A stretch of DNA of 64,000 bases. It comes from Fimbriosthenelais zetlandica. Taxonomy: Eukaryota. The number at the start of each line of letters is the position of its first letter. The first letter of the stretch is position 1. Shown piece after piece: positions 9,123 to 20,200 of this stretch. The stretch spans positions 7,564,001 through 7,628,000 of the forward strand of contig OZ365115.1 of assembly GCA_977030845.1 (NCBI GenBank), in the 5' to 3' direction. The notes under the pieces were generated by a model. The model saw only the letters and a list, made by a program, of their open reading frames with translations, was not told the origin of the DNA and did not search any database. A program made the translations under genes and the position numbers.

Positions 9123-12100
9123 GTAAAACGAGATTCATGTACAAGTCAGTGATTAAGGAACCAAGAAACCATTCATGTAACCCAAAGAAAAAACATTGTT
9201 AATCGGCTCAACTTAGGCATGAGATCAAACATTTTCAATTTAAAAAAGTAACATATTTCTTTAAAGATTCCCAGATCTGAACGATAAATCATCAAATCAC
9301 AATGAAGCAACTAATTTCCAGATAGGTGAACGTCATGATTCTGTTTCTTTACATTTCTTTTTGTGAGTAAATAAATCTATTCCATCCATCTTTACTTACT
9401 GTTAGCAATTCCCTATTGTTCAAGATTTTTGTTTTTAAAAAATTCCACAAGCTAGTATTTCTTTATATCATAAATACCACTGCGATCACATAGAAATGAC
9501 AGTCCTAAGACCGTTGTACCAATCAGTAAGTACAAGCTATAACACTATTATCTATGACGCGACGATAATCATACCAAAGACAAAATGGCTGGGAAACACT
9601 TGTACTATAATACTTTCATAATAATGATAATGAGACTAATTGATAATCATCGTACATGAACAAAATAATAATCATTACATAATACCTACAGCCTGTAGTA
9701 ATAATAAATAATCCATCATAAGCATTAGTCAAAGGAATTTTAACATCAGTTAGTTGTACATTAATATTCTGAAGCTGTCATGTGAATAGTTGCTAAAGAT
9801 AGTCCATCCTAAAAACCCTTAAGGTTTAAAATTTTTTTTTTTACATCGGGCAGTCAAAAGTGAACCTTTGAATCACATCAAACAAGGAGGCAGAAAAATT
9901 CCCCAAAACCTTTCTGTTAGTCTCGATAGATGAAAACAAATATCACTATAGATCACTTTCTTTTTTAGTGAAAAAATTATCCTGGAAAACTAAATGTAAA
10001 ACTGTGTTTCCATTTGTGGTGCGATCCAACCTCCTATATTTGTTAAGTAACCATAGTTATTTTGATCTAATCAACATGCTTTCCATTCAAAAGATTCACT
10101 TCTCACAAAACAATTTTTTTCCATGACTGTTGGCTTTTGTCCACTGTCATTTCAACTAAACACATTTTACCTTCCGACACTTGCCTTCCCAGTGGGTGTG
10201 TGAACCAACAATGCAATCTGTCCACCTTACCTCAACCCAATATGACCATGCCATCTCTCTAAATTATTCCAATCATCTTGCTGTCATGATTTGTCATGTT
10301 CATTTGACCAAACTGAGAGCTGTACAGGTACATATGCCCACTGGGCCCGTTCAACAACCGGCAAGGCATCATCTCTGTCCTAAATATACAATATATTATT
10401 TTTTGTATGTAAATATATACAAACATAGATTAAATAGCGTGTGGGGGTTAAAACAGTATCAGCTGAGGTTAAGCTATCCAAGATTGACCGTAATATTGAT
10501 GGATAGAGTGAACTTTGGTTAATAACCATCAGTTAGTTTCCAGCTTTTTTGACTTTTGTCACTTTGCTTTTGCTCTCACGCCAGTCTTTCACACGGACAG
10601 TGGTACCACAGTCATGGAAGGTCACAAATGCAAGCATATTCTTCTCTCTCTTATTCTATTCTGTACAGTTGGAGAGGACTGTTAACTAAATGGTAAAGGT
10701 ACAGTGGCAGTTTGCCAGCACATTTTGTCGACTCACAATAACCATGCAAAGCGCCAAAGGCGTAGAGAAACTAGTGACAGAAAATGTTCAAGGTCTATTT
10801 TACCGTTTGGAACTCACAAAAAGGGAATTGATTTTAATTACGGCTATATACCTGTGAATATTTTTTTTACCATATCGTTTCACATACGGAGTTAAAAAAG
10901 TATAGTTCAGGAATAGAGCGCCTGATAGATATGTACCCCTTTGTGTTACTTAGTTTGTCTAGGTGAACCCTCCCTCTTTGGAAAGATTATTCTTCTGAAG
11001 TCTGAGGTTACAAGAAATGATGATCATAATAACATTGCAGATATAGGAAGCATCAACGTACTACACTCAAGACAGGAGATTATATGTACCGTATTATTGT
11101 AGAGAGCATACAGATTTTACGTCTTATCAGGTTTAAAAACGTTATCATTGATTAGATATTGTTATCTCCATTAAGACGAGGAGTTATTTCTAGCAAGGAT
11201 TAAGTCCTTCGAATGTGTCGGCAGCTTTTTCTGTTTAATTCAGGGCGTGAAAAAAGCCAGAGAGTGGCAAGCCGACCACAATGTCTGTTGATAACGCACA
11301 CCAGCAAATCCAAGCTGATTGGATTCTAATCCAAAAATAATCAAAAAACAAGATTCATAACATCATTCCTCTGAGAGAGAAAAAGAGAAGCTAAAAAAAA
11401 CTCAAAGTAAAATCTTCATTGTCATCACACGGACCCCCCAATGGGGTGGATATAAGGACGTGCTATCAAAGCGCCCATCAGGATAAAACTAGCACAATCA
11501 CTGGAATGTAGATTACATGTATATGTTTATATGTATATAATATTGTAATATGTACGTACGCATTATTACACATGCCTCTGTAATAAACAAGGTAAAATAC
11601 AGTGCCTATCAAGAAATCCAGCATCTAAGAGCAGCCCTATTATTATACGCTATCCCTGTCAGACCTTGGCTGACTTAAAATGTATTGGTTGCTGCACAAA
11701 ATACAGACATGAAGCCGGGGTGATGGTCAGACACGAGCGCTCCTAGATAGTTCTTCCCCCAACTCTCACATGTATAGGTTATGTCTTTTTAACCCCTTTA
11801 TAATCCAACCCCAAGACCAGCACCTACCTCTCTAATGCTAGATTCTTATCCTGGGTTTCTTTCACTTTCATTTCACCATCCCTGATTATGTGGGTTTTCT
11901 TTTGTTCAATACATGACAATAGTGCCAAAATCGGTTATGTATTGCAATGGAATGTTTCAATTTCTATCTTTCGAGGCAAGAGCTTTCTATTTCGTATTGG
12001 TCCTGGATGTAATGGGAATGAAGTAGGAGGCTGGTCATGGGATAAGATGCACAAGGGGAATACACCATGCTGAGAATATTAATTATAATATTCACAAATG

Positions 12101-14096
12101 ATACAAGTTGTATGTATAATATATATAACCAATGCAAGGGGCAATGCAGCTTCTTATAACACAAGCAAAAACGATCACCGACCATTGAAAAAAGAAAGCG
12201 ACTGTTTTCTCACCCATGTGCTAGTAGGGAGAATATCTGCTCTAAGCCCATACTCTGCTCTTCCCTTGCCACCAATCTCACTACTTTCTCCCACAAAAAA
12301 TACCTCGACCGTATTCAACTTTACAGCTACAATCTGAACAATTCATTTTTCTCTGTCCCAAAGCAGATAAGTAAAAGTTTCGAGGTAATGGGTAAATTGC
12401 TGCCTAATCACAAAGATGACGTGCAAAGTTTTTATAACTAACAAAGAGGCATTCTGAACTGAAGAAACAGCAGTTTCAGGATCAATAATAAAAGACATTT
12501 TAAAAATATGTTGTCCTGTAGATAGGCTTAAAACAATCTAGTCCTTCAACTAACTCCCAAGACTTTGCTTTTCAATGCATTTTCATGATCCAAATATTAC
12601 CTACCAAGTCCAATTGACCAAATTTCATGGCATCATTTCATGTAAGCTTTATCTATTTTCGTTTCGGCATCTTTAAGTGTTATTGCTCAGAAGTGCGATT
12701 GGCGACAAGGAGAGAGACATGGGGAGAGAGGGAGTTAAGTTATATGAATTCATTCCCCTTTAATATGAGAGCTAGATCAGTTAACTAAGAACAAGGGAGG
12801 CATAGTTGATAATGTTAAACACACACGCACAAATCGAAGACACCACAGACAATGAACAGCTAGACTGGTAAGTTATCATCGCGTGAATGCATTCTTTGCT
12901 CAGTAAAGTCCTGCTACTTTTGCTCTGTGGGCCACAAGAGTATTTTCATCTCGCGGCATAGTGTCACGCAAAAACTGTCCCGGCTTCACCTCAACATCCG
13001 TCCCCCGCTTCACTATGTCTTAACACATAAAATCCATATCTTATTTGATCTTTTGTTTCATTTTTTCCACGATCACCACACTTTTAGGTTATATTGGTCA
13101 TCTACAACAAAACGGGGGGATAAAATCAATAGGTACACTTAATATCAATATGCATATGAAAAAATATGTTCTGGGGATAGAGGAGAGCGGGAGAGGGGGT
13201 CACTTTTGTAATGTGCCCCGCCCCCGGGTCACCCCCCTACCCCAGTGTGATCAAGCCCAAATAAAATTTGTGGCTTGTGTGGGTATCAATGGCATTGCCA
13301 TGGCAACAATGTTAATGAGTTTTAGCGCCTAACCAGCAGGTCCGCCCGGTAACAGTGTCCCTCCCTGGTGGGCCGAGTGTGTACTACAAACACCAAAGTG
13401 AGAGAGAGACTTCAGAGCGAGCAGACGATGGATCCTACAGCTACACGGCCCACCCTCCTCACAAACAATACCTATATAAAGGGCTTTTGGATGTGCTTAT
13501 TTGTTACCATGGAAACACTGACTGCTGGGGTTGGAAGGGTTTCTTTAGACTTTAGCACATGCTGCATGACACATCAAGCCATTTTTACTTCACAAGGATA
13601 AAACCATCCAAAATGTCTCTAATTTATATCTAGGATTTCTCCGTTTTTCTTTCCATCTCAATCTATTACTTTTCACTACTATGTCACCCTCATAAGAAGC
13701 AAGGGGATGATGTGTCACAAGATGTAAACATGGTTCATCCCAAGGCCAGCGCCAGATCAATATTGTCATGACAAAGATGTACAATGGAATCATAATATAT
13801 ATAGAGAGATAGAGAGCTGATATTTACACAATGCTAGAGGTACCAAACACTGGCAGCGACGATGGGACTTTATAAAGAATCCATTATAACATTATTTTAT
13901 ATTTCTGTTCTCATTCACTATAAGTATAGACATGATCATGCCCCATGTTATCGGTCCTAACTACACACCATTATTTTTTATTCTTTTTTCTGTCTCTCTC
14001 TCTCCACATTTCATCCCCCTTCATCATTATTTTATCTGTTAATATTAATATGTTGGTATGATGATACTAGTAGAATGTAGGTCTATGGGAGTGCTC

Positions 14097-14267
14097 TCAG
14101 AAGGTGAGTGTTGAGTCGTCCCACTCCAGTTCGCGGTCTTTCACTTTCTCTGATTCTTCCTCTGAAGATTCTAGCTCGTCGTGGTAACTGCTAGCATCGT
14201 CATCGTCTGTGTCCGAGTCCTCAGGACGCAGCACGTTAGGGTCGCGCTCGTCCTCGTACATGGCCGC
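14097..14267 (-). CDS. CLSTN1: Calsyntenin terminal exon (acidic tract, [11 protein letters not shown])
   Basis: ttttcttctccag acceptor; TGA at 14097-14099; 171 nt. Confidence 0.96.
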   Translation of the reverse strand, partial: AAMYEDERDPNVLRPEDSDTDDDDASSYHDELESSEEESEKVKDRELEWDDSTLTF

Positions 14268-17200
14268 CTGGAGAAGAAAATAATAACTAATCACTCAACT
14301 AGCCTCATGGGTCTCAGATCCATTTAGAACATATCTCAAGAAGGAGTTTTGCAATGGGCATGCACGAGAGTGCTTAACAGTGGAAAAAAGCTTAAGTTCT
14401 AATGTCCGGCCCACACAGAGGCGATTAGCCCAATCACACCGAATGATTGTAATTTTGTCAGTGGTTAGCCTGAGCTAGGTGTAAAGGACTGTTAAAATTA
14501 CAAGCATTGGGTGCGACTAAAAATATAGTATCGCGCTTCTATCGCTTGGAGAATCGCCTATATATGTGCCCCAAGCTTAAGTACTATAATAGACATTTAA
14601 AAGCAACGTTCTATGATTTATATTTATTGTGACTGACCTCTTGATCCATAGGGTTGACAGTGATGGTAAGAGCTGAGTTGTCCCATTCCATCTCTGGCCT
14701 CTCGTCTGGAGGCATCACCTGTGATCTATGGTGGGCGGCACGAATACGGATCACACCCAGAACGATCATGAAGAGCAGGAATCCCACACACACCACCACG
14801 ATCACCGTCACACCCACGCCTGCAACAATGACAAACCAATAATTTAAAGGGATACGAAACACTTTTAAAGGGATATGAAATACTTTTAAAGGAATATGAA
14901 CTACTTTTAAAGGGATATGAAACACTTTTAAAGGAATATGAACTACTTTTAAAGGGATATGAAACACTTTTCAAAGGATATGAAACACTTTTATAGGGGT
15001 ATGAAACATCTTTAAAGGGATATGAAACACCTTTAAAGGGATATGCAGGGCCTAACACTTAGGCCTACAATACATTAAGTAGGGCTTTATTTGTAGGCTG
15101 GCATGAGAATGGTACATTGAAAGTGACTTACTAGAAGCATTGGCGTGGCGCTTGAGGTTGTTAGGTGGTTGAAGAGTCTCAAACTTCTTGATAGGCTCAA
15201 CATTAAGGGGAGCCTTACGATGAGCCTGGGGTACTGATGGGTGGTGGATTGTGTGGATAACGTCCAACTGTGGAAAAAACAATAATGCATACATTTAACC
15301 TACAGTTCTATCACTTTATAATTTCAAATATATTTCAATGCAACTTTTTCAGAACTACAGTAAATTTACAGGATTAAAAGCTCCACCAATCCATGAAAAA
15401 ATGACGCTGTATGTTTTATGAATTAACCAAGTTGTATAATTTGAGATGACCGTCTTAGTAATTCACCTTGATGGAGAACTCATTAGAGATGAATCGTCCG
15501 TTCAGTTCTGAGCAGGTCAGAGTGAATGTACGTGAGTTGAAGTCCTGTGGTTTGCTGCTGAAGTAACGGATCTGTCTCAGCACCAACTCATAGTTGTACA
15601 CCTTATCAGCTCCTGTAACACACAAATTATACATTATAATCAACATTTCAACAACTAATGGCGAAAATAATTTAATGCAAAGGACATAAGAAATGCATGA
15701 GTCCAATAGGAAATATCTCCCATGAAACTAATGCCTAAAGGCCAGAATGCCAGGAGCAATTAAAGTTCCGAGCTTTAGACATGATTAATAACATTATGAG
15801 TGAGATTTTAGGGAATCAACTCACCGGAGACGATGACCCCCTGGTCACTGATGGAGCCTTCCAGGCCGAGCTCCTCGAGGAGTCGCTCGGGCAGCACCAT
15901 GTGCTCGGTGTTGGGGTCGAGTTTGGGTTCAGTCCTCATGATACATGAATCAAGGCGTTGATCAGTCGACATCTGGAAGCCGTCCGCGTCCTTGCTGGAA
16001 TCTTCGGAAGATTGTTCTCTGGATTTCTTATCATTGTCCTTGAAACAAATTAAAGTACCATTTAGTTACCATCCAACTACACGAGTATTCTAAATATCAT
16101 CCGCTAAAGTTACTCCAAAGTCAATTTTGGCAGTCTCAGATTCCTGGACCCCTTTTAAACTCGCACACTGCACTATAATAAACTCACATTATTTAACCGA
16201 CAATCGAAGTAAATGCATTATCAGCGTAGGAAGACGAAAAGGCATTATTGTTCCCCTTCAGATATATCTGTCTACGCCGACTTGTTTTTGGATATCTTCT
16301 CATTTCGGCTCATATTGCAAGGCAACCTTTACAAGGCCGGAAATGAAAGATGCCCGAGGTGGGGCTAACATAGCTGGGGCCTGTATCACGAACTATTCGT
16401 TTTTCATTAAGAAAAGGCTATGTTTCATATTGCAAGTATTTAATATAAAGACGATGAGTGAATGTGGCTCACCTTCTTGTCGGTCTCCTCGTTCTCTTCA
16501 CGCTCTTTACGTGTCTGTGACATGATGGTCACGTCGCGGAAGATCTTTTCACCTTGGCTCACTTCGTGTTCTGTACGGGCCAGGTGGTCAGATCCAGCCA
16601 GCGTGATGATGGGGCGCTCAGCCTGCGTGACCACGATCAGGGTGTTCATGTCCTGAACCTGGATGCTCCGTCCACTCTCACACCTACAGTCACAACGTCA
16701 TTATCATAGCGCGTCCATGTAGAAAACTCAAATCATTTATATTAAACCATAGCTATTTTAATCTAAATAGATTTATTCCCCATACTGCACATTTATAAGA
16801 CATTTATCAGACCATTGTACAACTATTAGCTCATCCATTTTTGTACAATGCCCTGATCTTGATATATAACACCTTTTTTTCCTTTTAGCAATTTGCGTTA
16901 ATTATTTTCATAATCAATATATATTTTTTTTAATGTTGATGAATCCGAAATACAGCTATTCATTCATTTTTTTAAAACAGAAATCAGTAGAAATATTTCA
17001 CAATTGTTAACGTAACTTTCTTGGATAAAGCTGTAGAATCAGGCAAAATTGGCACTAAAAGGCTTCATAATTATGTGAGTTAGACGTGAGGTAAGAAGTA
17101 GCGTTGAATAAAACTTACGTGACATCAGTCCTGATTTTGAGGGAGCGATGTCCAGGTGTAGGGAAGCTGCGGGTGTTAACGTAGCCAATACGGCGAACCA

Positions 17201-20200
17201 GGTTCTCTACTTCTGATCTGTTCCTACCGTTAATGGTGATCTCTGTCATCTCACTGTTGAAAGCCACAGACTGAAAAAGACAAGCTCACATTTACAACAT
17301 CCATATAAATGTGTTAACTATTTATATGTTATATAAGTGCCAATCAAAATATAACATGCTGGCTTAAAAGTATAGCAGTGCCTAAGCCATGTCATTTCCA
17401 CATATTGAAAAACAAAAGATGACAAATTTGCGATTGAAGGAAATAAATACTTCAGGTCACTTACCATGCCAGTCTGCATTTCACTCATGGCGTGGAACTC
17501 GAGTTTTTCCTTACAGTTGTTGAGACATTTGATCACACGGTCGCTCTCAGTCTTTCCACGGAGGATGTTCAGACCGGCGAGGTAACCTTTGAAGAAGTGA
17601 GACAGTTTCTGGGATCCTCCTGGAGAAAATGAGAAAAAGGTTAATAAAATCTCATAGAATTAAAAGCAAGCCCTACTGAAGCTTGAATGACAAAAATAAG
17701 TATCCAAAATAACAGAATTAGTGATTCCCCATTAGTTTTCAATGTATCCGTGAAGACGATTTTTGAGAGTTTGATTATTGGTTACAGGATATAGAATTTA
17801 GACTGGTTACAGGTTTCCTTTCCTTGAATTGAATTCAAGGGCAGGAGAAGTAAGAAATGCCACTCACCTTGCCAGCAGGCGCCCACCACAAAGCGGGTGA
17901 AGTGGATCTTCTTGCTGGGATGGAGAGGCCAGTCGTCAATGATTTCAGGGTTGTTCTTGGTGTTGACAAAGAGCTTTCCATCGATGTACAGTCGGACCTG
18001 GAAGCGGGGAAAGGAAGGGAAGCCATGAAGAACAGGTCTCATTTACAAGGTCAGCAGGAAATTAAAACATGGCACAGGTACACAAAGAATCCCTAAGACA
18101 GTGGAAGGAAACTCAACAAAAAACAGTCGCTTCCACAAGGTCAAGCACTTTGTCCAATACAATACCAAGGAGAAAAAGTTGCATTACAACTATCATTTTT
18201 TTTAATGGATAGAAACATCCAAACTTATCTAAATATTTTGGGTTCAGTTTCTAATTTCTACACAATGTTGCATAACTGTATAGCATAACTGAGGCTAACA
18301 AAATCCAGATTTCACATGTATTATGGTTATCATTAAATTACCTATTTATATACAAATGCCATGAGTGTCAATTACTAGGCTAGGATTAATGACGCAGGAG
18401 GAGATGAATGACATTGTGGACATAATGAGATTATAGGTTGTTACTATGGGAACATCTGGTGCAGGTAAAACCTGGTATTATTACATAAGCCATCTATCTG
18501 CTCTCCAATCACCAGATACCATTAATGCGTAGTAAGGCCAATCTGTATTATTCAATTCATTATTCATCCTCCTATTCAATCAATAATTCAATTAAAAATA
18601 TCGATCCCAGTGATTTAGTTCGTAGTTCATACATTTCATTATCACTAATAACATATTAGCCACTAATGGAAAATTTTTCATTAATTTTGGACTAGCTTGA
18701 ATGCATCTTAAAAAGTAAAAGTGACCAAGTAATTTCTGGGCATAATCAGAATACGCTCCCTGCCTTTGCCCTGCGGTAATAACAAACAGACTTGTTCAGG
18801 TAAAAACCTGTGTCCTCAGGTTTCCATGCCTCCAGCCTCCTGATAAAACACCTAATTTAATACCCCTCATTGAATTATTGCGTCACTAACACTTTCAATT
18901 TCCTCTTCTGCAGACTCTCGGATATGGCCTGGACACCTCCGACCTTGTTAACTCTCTATATCCTGTCAGTACCCGGATACCTGAACGCCGGTATTAACCC
19001 TATATTCCCCAGGGCTGCATTATTAAGAAGTAAATCATGGAAAGACGTAACCTTGTTATCATCTTTCTACCGCTTCTGAGAATTACATTCAGTTTGAAAT
19101 ATTTTTACCAAGAAAAACTGTCAGTACTGAATGAACAATATCTCCAAGTACTTTGGGGATTGGATTTCGAAGAACTTATTCATCAGTCTCTTATAGCAGT
19201 TCCATCAGTTTTGATGGATTTCTTGTTTTTTTTGTGCTACATCGGGAACTCATCACATAGAGACAGAGTTTGATTCAGGTCCTAAAGGACAGAGTTCAGT
19301 TTCCATAATAATTATCAGAGATACATGAGAAATGAGCATCGACTATGGCTTCATAATGTGAAGAGATAATTGCCATGGTAAGGTAACATATTGAATAGCA
19401 ATCAATTACCAGGTAATACCCACCATCTAGTGGAGTATTGGCCACGAAAATAACATTCACAAATAATACGCTCGGCTTTATGGGTGAGCAGGTAATTTGC
19501 TCTGATCCAGGTAATTCCCCTAGCTACATTCTGAGTGACTTTTTCTAGCCCATTCTTAGTATCACTTTGGAAACTATCCACGTAATTCTGTGAACACATG
19601 TTGGTGGAGAGTATAGTGGGGCATGGAGTAAATCAGGTGATCATTTACTGACCTGTAGTATACCATAACTACAGTAATTGCTTCATTAAGGTAGTAAACC
19701 ATCAGGTTATATACTGTGCCGGCCACTAATAAATCAGTAGCTTCACATAAGTCTGGTGTATAGTATGCCTCTGATGGGACTCGTCTGAACTAAAGTGGCC
19801 ACAGAGTATAGCTAGTTACACAGAGTATAGCTAGTTACCAAAACTCTATCACTGTGATACATTCAGCCAATCTTCCAGACAAAAGGCCCTTAATGAAGAC
19901 AACGGGCCCCTGGATTGAATCATCACATCTGTCCGTTCAAAAACACTTTCTTCTCTTCTCATGTTTTCCTGGCCTTTGCAAGAAAATCCACTTATTTCCA
20001 AGAAAATCCACACTTCATTTCAAACATCAGACTGAGATGAAGATAAGGCCAACAGATTTTCATTTTGATATAAAATTACATTCAATATCTCTCCATCCAT
20101 TTAAGTGGGTTCGCGATGACTGGGCTGATAACGTTTTTTAAAAGTGATTTTGACTTCGACACTTCATTTCAAAACCACAAATTGGCCATTAATATTAATG

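Noticed and set aside
10414-13828. Two Pumilio elements (UGUANAUA) in the putative calsyntenin 3' UTR
   Set aside because: About one is expected by chance in 5 kb of AT-rich sequence.
17620-17867. Search for a cassette exon equivalent to the vertebrate CLSTN1 insert between ...GACWQ and GG...
   Set aside because: The intron position is present, but this 248-bp intron has no credible internal acceptor/donor pair.
19421-19433. CTCF-like CCACTAGATGGTG on the minus strand
   Set aside because: Single one-mismatch site with no supporting context.
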